Positions 28,593 to 42,295 are shown, numbered from the stretch's first letter. The stretch is 64,000 nt of DNA from Eledone cirrhosa (GCA_964016885.1 CAXHJY010000608.1:62001-126000); one strand, 5' to 3'. Notes: generated by a model not told the origin, from the letters alone. A program made the numbers and translations.

Positions 28593-28593
28593 G

Positions 28594-28704
<111 letters not shown>

Positions 28705-28731
28705 AGATATATATATGTATATATATATATG

Positions 28732-28803
<72 letters not shown>

Positions 28804-28828
28804 GTATGTATATATATATTAGGTATAC

Positions 28829-29316
28829 ATATATGTATGTACGTGTACATGTTTATATTTAATTGTCAGCCTTACTAAGAGTGAGAAAGGAAATATCATT
28901 TCTGTCTTTTATCGTTTTCGGTACGCCCGGCCGACTAACTCGCTCCATATGCAAATTAAGCTGCTCAGCCGTTAATATGCATAAGGAAAGTATATACTTT
29001 CGAACGTTCAATCGACTGACAGGAAGGTATACGATGCTGATGACAGCTAATAAGCTAGAAACTAGTTCATCGTTCCTTTGTCAGTGTTGAACAAAAGGGC
29101 CACGATGGTTGCCGAACAATATACGGCTTAATTCGGGTTGTTTGTTTACAAAGAAACCGAACATTAGAATAAATGTTCGGTAAAGCTATACGTACATATA
29201 TATGTGTGTATGTATATACATACTACTGTACGTCTGTATACATATATGTATGTACGTATACATGCTTATATTTAAGTTTCAACCTTACTAAGAGTGAGAA
29301 ATGAAATTTCATTTTT
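28829..29316 (+). mobile_element. Retrozyme-like element G: ~1.2 copies of a 413-bp unit
   Basis: Terminal direct repeat (28831-28903 vs 29244-29316, offset 413); contains an HHR; homologous to the 467-bp unit. Confidence 0.75.
29031..29073 (+). ncRNA. Minimal type I hammerhead (family G)
   Basis: acgatg-CTGATGA-cagct aata agcta-GAAA-ctag-TT-catcgt. Confidence 0.85.
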
Positions 29317-29328
29317 CCCAATTATATA

Positions 29329-30395
29329 TTTTATAATTTTCTTATTTTACGTCTCTCATATTATTGTTCTGCAACCCCATGCATTGAACCACAATATTAC
29401 TAAGACAAAACCTATATATTTGCTAGCATTGATATGCATCTGTATGTATATATATGTTACTAGATATTAATTCTTTATAATTATCTCCAAATTATTTGTC
29501 GAGCAATATTGGCCATGACTGCTGCTATGGTAGTAGGCAGGCCGCTGTCTTATTAGCAAACCACTTTCCACTGATTGACCTCGATGTCACGTGATTGATT
29601 CTTTTTGAATTTAGCACAGACGCAGTGGCAGTGATTTTCTCAATGGCTAGGAATTCAGTCCACGCTTTGCTATTTCCTATCCACTGAATTATTTTTTAAT
29701 AAGTTTCCAGAGTCCTCGCTTTGCCTGGAAACTTAGATGAGAATAGACTTCCCTGACGACGGAATGTTTCTTTGTATCTTCTTCGGAAAATATATTTACT
29801 CCATTCCAGAAACTAATTAGTTGGAAGTGATATTTTAGTAAGTAAGTTAATTTTATAATTTTCTTATTTTACGTCTCTCATATTATTGTTCTGCAACCCC
29901 ATGCATTGAACCACAATGTTACTAAGACAAAACCTATATATTTGCTAGCATTGATATGCATCTGTATGTATATATATGTTACTAGATATTAATTCTTTAT
30001 AATTATCTCCAAATTATTTGTCGAGCAATATTGGCCATGAGTGCTGCTATGGTAGTAGGCAGGCCGCTGTCTTATTAGCAAACCACTTTCCACTGATTGA
30101 CCTCGATGTCACGTGATTGATTCTTTTTGAATTTAGCACAGACGCAGTGGCAGTGATTTTCTCAATGGCTAGGAATTCAGTCCACGCTTTGCTATTTCCT
30201 ATCCACTGAATTATTTTTTAATAAGTTTCCAGAGTCCTCGCTTTGCCTGGAAACTTAGATGAGAATAGACTTCCCTAACGACGGAATGTTTCTCTGTATC
30301 TTCTTCGGAAAATATATTTACTCCATTCCAGAAACTAATTAGTTGGAAGTGATATTTTAGTAAGTAAGTTAATTTTATAATTTTCTTATTTTACG

Positions 30396-30404
<9 letters not shown>
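29329..30404 (+). mobile_element. Retrozyme-like element H: ~2.06 tandem copies of a 522-bp unit
   Basis: cttattttacgtctctc at 29341, 29863 and 30385; only 4 differences noticed between copies; one HHR per unit. Confidence 0.8.
29747..29828 (+). ncRNA. Type I hammerhead (family H); second copy 30269-30350 has G5A
   Basis: acttcc-CTGACGA-cggaatg...cattcca-GAAA-ctaattag-TT-ggaagt. Confidence 0.8.
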
Positions 30405-30438
<34 letters not shown>

Positions 30439-30484
30439 TATATATATATATATAGATATGTTATGTATGTATAAATATATGTAT

Positions 30485-30565
<81 letters not shown>

Positions 30566-30604
30566 TAGGTATATATATATATATGTTATGTATATATATT
30601 TTAT

Positions 30605-31680
30605 TTCATTTCATTTGAGTTTGAGTCCATGCTCAGGCCAAGTCGAAGACTCCACCCTCAGAGTCTGGTGTGGTTGCCAGTTTGGATTCTCTGTTTAACT
30701 TTGACATGTGTACGAGCGAGTTTGAGTCAGTTTGTGCTCGTTGTGTATATCCTGGGAGATGGGTTTATCTCTAATGGTGCTAAGTATCTATCCAGCTGCA
30801 ATTTGAATGATTCCACACTGCATCCTGATAGATTTCTGACATGTACCGGAATGGAGTTGAATAGTTGTGCCCCTCGAACCAACAGACTTGACTTTCGCAG
30901 GGTTTTTGCTGCCTGGCCAGCCCTTTTGTTGATTGGTGGTAGCTGGCAGCGCCTTCCGTGGCGCAGTGAGTGGTAGGTTTTGATACCAAAGTTTGGCACC
31001 TTTTGCTCTATCATTTTCCAAATGTATATAATTCGGTATCGCTCAAATCTTCTTTCTATTGAGTACATCTTTAAGGTTTTGAGTCTTTGCCAATAGTCCA
31101 GGTCCCTCGTTTCTGAGAAGTATGAGGTAAAATTTATTTGGAGCGATTCCATCTTAGATAGTTGGCCCTTTGTTGTTGGTGACCACAACTGAGAACAGTA
31201 GTCAATCCTCGGAAGTACCATACTGTTCCAGAGGGTTTTCATTGTTGAGGTATCTCTTGATTTGAAGGTGCGCAAGATCTACCCGCTCTACTTTCTTGCA
31301 GTAAGACAGACTGAGTCAAGGTGTTCTCAGAATTTTAGGCTGGTTCCCATGTGGATGCCTACATCTTTCACACACTGTTTTCCATTATTTGTTGTCCTGA
31401 TGCGTTTCTGTAGTTTGTTGTATTTTTCAGATCTTGATCTGTTCCGTAGCGAATTAGTTCAAACTTCTTATCATTGAACAACATGTTGTTTGTTTCCTGC
31501 CATTTGTATATGGTGGTTAGGTCCTTTTGTAAGGCCTCTGTATCTACCTCGTCTTTGATTTGTCTCATGACCCTGGTGTCATCAGCAAAGGATGATATGT
31601 TTTCTGGTTGTATCTTCATCTATGTCAGAGATGAGGATGAGAAACAGGATCGGGCCGAGTAATGTACCCTGAGGAACACT
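30605..31680 (-). pseudogene. 5'-truncated CR1/L2-clade LINE (RT C-terminal half)
   Basis: VPQGTLLGPILFLI; SSFADDTRV; RTFKSRD...PRIDYCSQLWSP...LKMYSIERRFERY; frameshifted. Confidence 0.9.
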
Positions 31681-31805
31681 ATATTTATTAGGAATATATA
31701 TATATATATTAGGTATATATATATATATATATATATTAGGTATATACATATATATTATATATATATATATATATTAGGTATATACATATATATATTATAT
31801 ATATA

Positions 31806-31907
<102 letters not shown>

Positions 31908-32095
31908 ATCTGGGCCTTGATAAGTATACCCAGCCATATTACCCTAGGGAACCGAGATTTACTCTTAAGGATAATAAGGTAGACTTCATTAGTAATCCTT
32001 CTGTTAGACTCATTAGTCCTTCTAAGACTGATATAGCTATAATTAGTAAGAAAATCCTTGACCTGATTATACCAGCCGTTAGGGAAAAGGTTCAT

Positions 32096-34084
32096 TTTAA
32101 TCTATGGAGGAACACTAAGGATGTTATAATTTGGTTCTCTGGTATTAATAAACTTGAGTTTAGTAGGTTTATCCAGTTTGATATTGATGCCTATTACACG
32201 TCGATTTCACCTATCCTCCTTAATAAAGCCTTAATTATGGCCATGCGAGTGCCTAGCCTTACACGACCGCAGATTGATGTTATACTAGCAGCCCGTAGGA
32301 CTATCATCAAATTCGAGGATACACTTTAGACGCGTAAAAACACACCCAACAACTTCGACGTTACAATGGGTTCGAGTGATTCGGCCCAGGTAACTGATCT
32401 TGTTGGGCTGTTCCTCCTAAATGAACTGTATGTTACCTTTCCGCACCTTAAAGGCGGACTTTATCGTGACGATGCATTGTTTGTGATAAACTCTAGCACC
32501 AATAACATTGAGCATAATAGGAAGAAACTTTATAATTTTTTAAAAAATGTTAACCTTTCGATCACGATTGATAGAAATGATAGAGCGGTCAACCTTTTAG
32601 ATGTGACTTTGGACTTGGTCACTAATAGTTATAAACCCTTCCATAAGCCAAATGAGATACTCTCTTATGTTAATCCCAATTCTAACCACCCCAAATCTAT
32701 GATTAGCTCTATAATTAACGGTGTATCTAATAGAATTTCCACACTCTCTAAGGATATAGGAATATTTAATTCACATGCGGAGTACTATAATAATGCCCTA
32801 GCTAACTCTGGTTACTCTGGTAAAATACGTTATAATGAGAACAACCTTAGAAAGTCTCCGTTTACCCATAATAATAATAACATAATATCCCATAATATGG
32901 CCATGAATGGGAGTAGAAAACATAAGAATCGTAGAAATCCCATAGGTGTATCCGAACCCATCCATAGGTTAAGCTACCGTAATCGTAATAGTGAGTCTAA
33001 TGGTACACTTTTCGGGATTAGTTCTAGGGAACAAGTTAGGCACTCTGATCGCTCACCCAGTGGGAATATTTTTACTAATTCTAATAATGTTGTTTCAACT
33101 GATCCTGGTAGTAACCCTAATCCTATTGACATGATTCCAGATAACAGTAGATATACTAAAGGTAGAAACAGAAGGAGACTCAATAGGGTTTTGGCTGCTT
33201 CTAATAATGTTGTTTCAACTAGTCCTCGTAGTAACCCTGATCCTATTAGTGGGATACTGGATAACGGTAGAGTTGGTAAGAATAGAAATAGGAGGAGACT
33301 CAATACTTATTTTAACCCGCATTATGATCATGAAGTATTAACTAACATCCCTAGATCTTTCTTTTCTATCTTAGAGAAAAATTTCCCTCCTTCTCATAAA
33401 TACCATGGTATTTTTAATAAAAATGTAATTAAACTATCATTCTCTACCACCCCTAATATTAGTTCTCATTTAGCTAGCACTAACAATAGGAAAATTAGGG
33501 ACAGCTACTCCTCTTTGCGTACTACTAGTCTTGATAGATCCATTAATGCCTTACCACCTGAGCAGACCTTATCTTATAATAACCCTAGGAGTGATGCATC
33601 ACTCATTCAGCCGGTCAATAGCACCAGGAAGTGTAACTGTAGAGTAAGTATTAACTGCCCTTTAAATGGTCACTGCCTCTCTAGGAACATTGTTTATGCT
33701 TGTGAAGTTAAGACTAATTCTTCTAATAGCACATATATAGGCTCCACATCTAATACTTTTAAAACTAGGTTTAATTCTCATATCTCTAATTTTAAGCATG
33801 TTAAGTTTAAGAACTCTACTTCTTTAGCACACCATATCTGGGATCTTAAAGGGGCAGGCATGCCATATAGCCTTAATTGGCGTATAGTAGTACGCTCTAA
33901 TAACCTATCAACACACACTAAATTCTGTAATCTCTGTATCCTAGAGACCCACTCTATAATTTTCTCTAGGGAAGTTTTGCTTAATAGAAAGTCTGAGATA
34001 TTTTCTTCCTGCCCCCATGCCATTTCTAATTCTTTCTTCTATTATAGACCTAAAAGTTCTGGTAGTTTAAATCGTATCAATTAG
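32096..34084 (+). pseudogene. 5'-truncated PLE RT + GIY-YIG ORF, YRDD type (possibly Hydra clade)
   Basis: FIQFDIDAYY; stop TAG at 32327 where the 62.6-kb homologue has W; MGSSDSAQVTDLVG; GGLYRDD; CNCR..CPL; NIVY..YIGST; CNLC..LLNRKSE..CPH. Confidence 0.92.
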
Positions 34085-34205
34085 CTGCTATATTTCCTTA
34101 TCTTTTTTGTTTAGGTTCATTTTGATTACCATCATGATTATTATTATTAGTCTTTTACAGCTTTTCGATTTTAGTTTCCATAGTCTTTTGGCTACCATAC
34201 CCTAT

Positions 34206-35609
34206 CTATCTCAGGATTTTGTGTTGGCAAGAGGAGAATATTTCCGATTTCCTGTTAAGCAGGTTCAGTTTAGAGTGTATTATAGCATGGCATTCCAGTA
34301 AACACAGGTCACAACTTCCGCTCTGCGGTCGGTGTTGCGTGGATCTAGTAAGCTTCCTCCAAAAAAGTTTGTATGGGGTACTATTATTTTTTAAAAAGGA
34401 GATGTATCCCGCCAGTGAGGTGGCATTCTTATGACTATCGTGTCTTAATTTTTTTTTCATATGCGCGTTAAATCTAGTTTTAAATGTATTGGACGTTGCT
34501 CCTATATATGTTTTGGTAGAGTTGTGTGTGGTTACGTCACATGCATATACTATGTTTTTCATGAGGCAATCCCCTCTTAGGGGACAGTTACTACTCCACC
34601 TACAATTGCAACTGCGGGTTCGATTAGTTAACTTACCTCCCGAAGTTTGGTTACTAGCATTATCACTAGGTGCCTCTATATCATTAGATGGCTCATTGAT
34701 GCTATTATGTTGCCCATTTTCCAGTGTAGTCGGTTGCTGGTGGTTGACTGCCATTTTAATTGCTTCGAAGCCTTCCCTAGTTTTCCTAATGTTCGTGCGT
34801 GCTAGGTGTGATGCGAGGTTAGGTGTGGTCGAATAGGATAATTTAATTACGTTTTTGTTAATTATGTTGCGATATAAATTGCATGGTGGGAAGTTTTTTC
34901 CCAATGATGAGAAGAATACTCTGGGGAGGTTAGTGAGGACCTCAGAGTTAAAAGGTGGGTTAAAATACATGTTTTTCCTTCTTCTATTTTTCTTATCTGT
35001 GGGGTGTGTCTCGCTACTGTGCGTACTATTTTGTAGGGTTCCGTTATTAACGTTAGTGGCGTTGTCTGTTTTGATTAAGCCCGGATGGTTTATATTCATG
35101 GCGTGATCATTTACTGTTTTAGAGTTGTGGTGAGGGACTCTAGTATAGTCTTTACGTGGTTTACATTTAGCTGGGTTACCGCCATTAGGGTTCTTACTAT
35201 TATTCTTGCCTCTAAGTTGGTTAAGCTTTGTGGCCATACTATGTGTGATTATGTTGGTAGGTTTCACGCTCATGGTTGGAGAGTCCTTATGTATATATCA
35301 TAATCTACTCCCGTAACCAGATTCTGCTAGGGCCTTGTCATAATACTCTGCATTGGAGTTGAAGATACTCTCATTACAGGACAGTCTGCTAATTCTATTG
35401 GGAATAGCGTTTAGGACTGATTTGGGGTGGTTAGAGCTGGCGTTTACATATGTTAGTCTATCGTTAGGTTTATGGTAGGGTGCAAATGTTTTACTTTCTA
35501 GGTCAAGGGTGGCGTCTAGGATGTTTACTGTTTTATCATTTGCATCTATGGTAATACTTAGATTAAAGTTTTTAAAGAACCTACGTAATTGTTCCCTGGT
35601 TCTTTCCAT
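34206..35609 (-). pseudogene. Second 5'-truncated YRDD-type PLE (thumb + GIY-YIG), convergent with the first
   Basis: VNILDATLDL..PYHKPN..YVNASSNHP; broken at ~35298; CNCR..CPL..NIVY..YIGAT..CDLC..LLNRKSE. Confidence 0.9.
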
Positions 35610-35616
35610 GTCCTCC

Positions 35617-35687
35617 TATTTTATCTGATGAAAACGCAAATGTTATTGCATGATGATATTTGTTTTTCAAATGCGCATAATAAAATA
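35617..35687 (+). ncRNA. Degenerate minimal hammerhead in the inverted pLTR of the 34.2-35.6 kb PLE
   Basis: tattttat-CTGATGA-aaacgcaaat...atttgttttt-cAAA-tgcgca-TA-ataaaata; G12 lost. Confidence 0.6.
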
Positions 35688-35717
35688 CATGGAACTCATT
35701 TAACCATCTATTGATCT

Positions 35718-35834
<117 letters not shown>

Positions 35835-35847
35835 CATATATATATAC

Positions 35848-35898
<51 letters not shown>

Positions 35899-35923
35899 CA
35901 TATATATATATACATATATATAC

Positions 35924-35954
<31 letters not shown>

Positions 35955-35960
35955 CATATA

Positions 35961-38900
35961 TATTCAGGTTTGAGGTTCACCACTGTATAGAGCTGGTCTA
36001 TTCCGTATGGTCAATCGTAATGCAATAATATAGAGAGTATTCAACGTAAAGCAGTTCAACCGTCTTTGTTTTTGTAGTTGGTGGTGCTATTACGGAGTTA
36101 AATATTATAATGAAATGACAGGAGGCTGGATTTGTGTAAATCCTTGAAAGATTTATTATACTATGATCATTTCAATGACCGGGTTCCGTATGAATCCGAT
36201 GATATCATCAGGTATTCGAAATATAATACGTGAATGTAATAGGTAAAATCCATGGGGCTGAAAATCGAGACCCGAGGGCGACCGCTATTCTGTTCCTTCA
36301 ACCTCAGCCGGTCGCCCTGGAGTGACGTGGCTAAAGTTTATAGTATGCTACTACCGGTCAGATAAACGAAAACAGAAAGGGATGGGAGCATAAGTTAACG
36401 TCGATCTCATGACACAAGGTAAAAGAAAGAAAGAAAGGAAGGAGAGAGAAGAAGGGGGAAGAAAGAAGAGAAGCCAGGGTTAATGTCAGCTAAAAGAAGA
36501 AAGGCAACTACTACCGGTCAGATATAGGCAAGCAAGAGGGGGAAGGAAGATAAGTCTGTGGGAGGAAGACAGGAGGAGGGGAGAAGAGAAGGAAGGGAAG
36601 AGAGAAGTAGAAAAGTAAGGGTTGATGGCTACAAGAAGGAAGATAGAAAGAAAAAGGAAGAAAGGTCGATATTAATGTCAGACCACAGTCAAGCCAGGAG
36701 TGGCGCAGAAAATGTTCACAGGGACCCGCATCTTAGCAGAGGTGAATATATTGGGAGTCAGTGTGTTACAGTGTTTAGACTTCTAGGATGAAGTTAAAAA
36801 AATAATAATCAATATTCAATATTAAAGATTTTAGAAAATTTTAAGTTCAACAGTTTAACATTTAATTATATAATAGTTCCGATTTGTTCTGTAATTTAAA
36901 GGTACTATGTGGCGCCTAAAACACCGGCCGCGCCCCGGGCCCCATGGCGAATTAAGCTACGCCGAGTATTTTCATTTACTGAAAGAAGGGGAAATTTATT
37001 TTTCCAAGCACTCCAGGTGAGCTCGTTCGCCACGGAGCTGGTCGCGCCGCCATTATAACCCACCCAACAGTCCGACAGAAAGTTGGAACTTTAAAATGTT
37101 GTTTAGAGAAGTGTGTACCCTTAGCACACGTCACTGGAATATCTCCCCCTGGGAACATAAATACCGCAACCTGAACTATATTGTATTTCTCCTGTGTCTT
37201 GAACTCTACATTTACTAGACAACGACTATTGTTTGTTTATCTATATCTTCACATCTTTGTTTGCTGTATTAATGTCTTTCCACGTACTCTACCTCTATAC
37301 ATCCATGTACTTTTTACTCCCCTTATTCGGACTTTTACTCGCGTGCACACTTAGCACACGACACAGGATTGCCCCCCCCCCCTCCCCGGGAACATAAATA
37401 CTGCAACCTGAACTATATTGTAAATTCTCCTATGTCCTGATTCCTCCATCTTACTCCAACACCACTCGTGTTGGTTTATTTACATGTTTATACCTATATA
37501 TTGATATGTTTATATATTTATACCTCTGCTGTACCAATGTGCTCTTCCACGTATACCACTTCTATGTATCCATGTATTTCTACTCCTCACATTGGGACCT
37601 GTACCCATTAGCACACGACACTAGAATGTCTCCTCATGAGAACAAAAATTAAACATTACACGACTATATCCCGTACTCTACATCCCACTAGGATAAATTA
37701 CAGATCTACATAATACAATTAACGTTTCTTCATAAAAGACTCTATTTAATAAAACCCCGCAACCCAAAACCTCATAGAAGTTATTTGAATGTTTAATCTT
37801 CAATTTTCTGTTTGTTCAATTCTCAATCTTCTTACTCCTTAGTTCTATAATGTTATTCTGAATTCTTTCAACTTCATCCGATAGAGTTAAGCAAAATTCT
37901 AAAGTTCCAACTTTTTGTCGGACCGTTGGGTGGGTTTTAGCGGCGGCGCGACCAGCTCCCTGGCGAACGGGCTCACCTGGAGTGCTTGGAAAAATAAATT
38001 TCCCCTTCTTTCGGTAAATGAAAATACTCGGCGTGGCTTAATTCGCCATGGGGCCCGGGGCGCGGCCGGTGTTTTAACCGCCAAATAGTACCTTTAAATT
38101 ACAGAACAAATCGGAACTATTAGATATGTCAACCTGAAACTGTTGAGCTTTAAATTTTCTAACCTCTTTAATATGGAATATTGATTATTAATTTTTTAAC
38201 TTCATCCTAAAAGTCTAAACATTGTAACACACTGACTCCCAATATATTCACCTCTGCTAAGATGCGAGTCCCTGTGAACATTTTTCGCGCCACTCCTGGC
38301 CCGACGGTGGTGTGACATTAATATCGACCTTCCTTCCTCTCTCTTTCTATCTTCCTTCTTGTAGCTATCAACTATTACTCTTTTACTTCTCTAAACAAAA
38401 TTTTAAAGTTCCAACTTTCTGTCGGACTGTTGGATGGGTTTTAATGACGGTGCGACCAGCTCCCTGGCGAACGAGCTCACCTGGAGTGCTTGGAAAAATA
38501 AATTTCCCCTTCTTTCAATAAATGAAAATACTCGGCGTAGCTTAATTCGCCATGTGGCCCGGGGCGCGGCCGGTGTTTTAACCGCCACATAGTACCTTTA
38601 AATTACAGAACAAATCGGAACTATTATATAATTAAATGTTAAACTGTTGAACTTTAAATTTTCTAACCTCTTTAATATTGTATATTGATTATTATTTTTT
38701 TAACTTCATCCTAGAAGTCTAAACATTGTAACACACTGACTCCCAATATATTCACCTCTGCTAAGATGCGGGTCCCTATGAACATTTTCTCGCGCCACTC
38801 CTGGCTTGACTGTGGTCTGACATTAATATCGACCTTTCTTCCTCTTTCTTTCTTTCTTCCTTCTTGTAGCCATCAACCCTTACTTTTCTACTTCTCTCTT

Positions 38901-41900
38901 CCCTTCCTTCTCTCCTCCCCTCCTCCTGTCTTCCTCCCGCAGACTTATCTTCCTTCCCCCTCTTGCTTGCCTATATCTGACCGGTAGTAGTTGCCTTTCT
39001 TCTTTTAGCTGACATTAACCCTGGCTTCTCTTCTTCTTTCTTCCCCCTTCTTCTCTCTCCTTCCTTTCTTTCTTTCTTTTACCTTGTGTCATGAGATCGA
39101 CGTTAACTTATGCTCCCATCCCTTTCTGTTTTCGTTTATCTGACCGGTAGTAGCATACTATAAACTTTAGCCACGTCACTCCAGGGCGACCGGCTGAGGT
39201 TGAAGGAACAGAATAGCGGTCGCCCTCGGGTCTCGATTTTCAGCCCCATGGATTTTACCTATTACATTCACGTATTATATTTCGAATACCTGATGATATC
39301 ACCGGATTCATACGGAACCCGGACATTGAAATGATCATAGTATAATAAATCTTTCAAGGATTTACACAAATCCAGCCTCCTGTCATTTCATTATAATATT
39401 TAACTCCGTAATAGCACCACCAACTACAAAAACAAAGACGGTTGAACTGCTTTACGTTGAGTATTCTCTATATTATTGCATTACGATTGACCATACGGAA
39501 TAGAGCAGCTCTATACAGTGGTGAACCTCAAACCTGAATAAATAATGCTCCTGAAAGTTGAGCACTTCAAAATGTAATAATCAACAGCGGCATGGGACTG
39601 AATATATCTAACCACAATTCGAACTTTGCCTACCCGGTGTTTTCGCCTGGCCCATTGCTAGTCCCCTGACAGAATATCCGAACTTCGACGAAACTCCACG
39701 GACTGGACCATAACATGTATTGTACTGCACTGTATTAACTAAATGGCTACCCTAAACTTCTGGGCATGTATAACTCACACTGAACTCCCAAACTCGAACA
39801 CACAGACTTCCACATCTATATGCATTATCTGACTGCAACTTGAACTATATTGTATTTCTCCTGCGTCTTGAACTCTCCATTTAATAGACAACGACTCTTG
39901 TTTGTTTATTTATATCTTAACATCTTTATTTGCTGTATTAATGCTCCTCCAGGTATTCTACCTCTATACATCCATGTACTTTCTACTTCCCTTATTCGGA
40001 CTTTTACTCGCGTGTACCCTTAGCACACGTCACTGGAATATCTCCCCTTGGGAACATAAATACCGCAACCTGAACTATATTGTATTTCTCCTGTGTCTTG
40101 AACTCTACATTTACTAGACAACGACTATTGTTTGTTTATCTATATCTTCACATCTTTGTTTGCTGTATTAATGTCTTTCCACGTACTCTACCTCTATACA
40201 TCCATGTACTTTTTACTCCCCTTATTCGGACTTTTACTCGCGTGCACCCTTAACACACGACACAGGATTGCCTCCCCCCCCCGGGAACATAAATACTGCA
40301 ACCTGAACTATATTGTAATTCTCCTATGTCCTGATTCCTCCATCTTACTCCAACACCACTCTTGTTGGTTTATTTACATGTTTATACCTATATATTGATA
40401 TGTTTATATATTTATACCTCTGCTGTACCAATATACTCTTCCACGTATTCCACTTCTATGTATCCATGTATTTCTACTCCTCACATTGGGACCTGTACCC
40501 ATTAGCACACGACACTAGAATGTCTCCTCCTGAGAACAAAAATTAAACATTATACGACTATATCCCGTACTCTACATCCCACTAGGATAAATTACAGATC
40601 TACATAATACAATTAACGTTTCTTCATAAAAGACTCTATTTAATTAAACCCCGCAACCCAAAACCTCATAGAGTTATTTGAATGTTTAATCTTCAATTTT
40701 CTGTTTGTTCAATTCTCAATCTTCATACTCCTTAGTTCTATAATGTTATTCTGAATTCTTTCAACTTCATCCGATAGAGTTAAGCAAAATTCTAAAGTTC
40801 CAACTTTTTGTCGGACCGTTGGGTGGGTTTTAGCGGCGGCGCGACCAGCTCCCTGGCGAACGGGCTCACCTGGAGTGCTTGGAAAAATAAATTTCCCCTT
40901 CTTTCGGTAAATGAAAATACTCGGCGTGGCTTAATTCGCCATGGGGCCCGGGGCGCGGCCGGTGATTTAACCGCCAAATAGTACCTTTAAATTACAGAAC
41001 AAATCGGAACTATTAGATATATCAACCTGAATCTGTTGAGTTTTAAATTTTCTAACCTCTTTAATATGGAATATTGATTATTAATTTTTTAACTTCATCC
41101 TATAAATCTAAACGTTGTAACACACTGACTCCCAATATATTCACCTCTGCTAAGATGCGAATCACTGTGAAAATTTTTCGCGCCACTCCTGGCCCGATGG
41201 TGGTGTGACATTAATATCGACCTTCCTTCCTCTCTCTTTCTAACTTCCTTCTTGTAGCTATCAACTATTACTCTTTTACTTCTCTAAACAAAATTTTAAA
41301 GTTCCAACTTTCTGTCGGACTGTTGGGTGGGTTTTAATGGCGGCGCGACCAGCTCCCTGGCGAACGAGCTCACCTGGAGTGCTTGAAAAAATAAATTTCC
41401 CCTTCTTTCAGTAAATGAAAATACTCGGCGTAGCTTAATTCGCCATGGGGCCCGGGGCGCAGCCGGTGTTTTAACCGACACATTGTACCTTTAAATTACA
41501 GAACAAATCGGAACTATTATATAATTAAATGTTAAACTGTTGAACTTTAAATTTTCTAACCTCTTTAATATTGAATATTGATTATTATTTTTTTAACTTC
41601 ATCCTAGAAGTCTCAACACTGTAACACACTGACTCCCAATATATTCACCTCTGCTAAGATGCGGGTCCCTGTCAACATTTTCTCGCGCCACTCCTGGCTT
41701 GACTGTGGTCTGATATTAATATCGACCTTTCTTCCTCTTTCTTTCTATCTTCCTTCTTGTAGCCATCAACCCTTACTTTTCTACTTCTCTCTTCCCTTCC
41801 TTCTCTTCTCCCCTCCTCCTGTCTTCCTCCCGCAGACTTATCTTCCTTCCCCTCTTGCTTGCCTATATCTGACCGGTAGTAGTTGCCTTTCTTCTTTTAG

Positions 41901-42290
41901 CTGACATTAACCCTGGCTTCTCTTCTTCTTTCTTCCCCCTTCTTCTCTCTCCTTCCTTTCTTTCTTTCTTTTACCTCGTGTCATGAGATCGACGTTAACT
42001 TATGCTCCCATCCCTTTCTGTTTTCGTTTATCTGACCGGTAGTAACATACTTTAAACTTTAGCCACGTCATTCCAGGGCCACCGGCTGAGGTTGAAGGAA
42101 CAGAATAGCGGTCGCCCTCGGTTCTCGATTTTCAGCCCCATGGATTTTACCTATTACATTCACGTATTATATTTCGAATACCTGATGATATCACCGGATT
42201 CATACGGAACCCGGTCATTGAAATGATCATAGTATAATAAACCTTTCAAGGATTTACACAAATCCAGCCTCCTGTCATTTCATTATAATA
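35961..42290. mobile_element. Non-coding HHR element J: inverted 1.15-kb arm + ~1.8 tandem copies of a ~2.89-kb unit
   Basis: 35961-37110 is the reverse complement of ~38385-39540; HHR cores at 39290 and 42182 (offset 2892); internal ~504-bp and ~230-bp duplications; no protein homology seen. Confidence 0.85.
39286..39343 (+). ncRNA. Minimal type I hammerhead (family J; copies 42178-42235 +, 36158-36215 -)
   Basis: atac-CTGATGA-tatcaccgg..ccggacatt-GAAA-tgatca-TA-gtat; palindromic helix III. Confidence 0.8.
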
Positions 42291-42295
42291 TATAC

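Noticed and set aside
29510-29650. Antisense UUGAGAA hammerhead in the 522-bp unit
   Set aside because: Helix I and the UH site cannot both be formed
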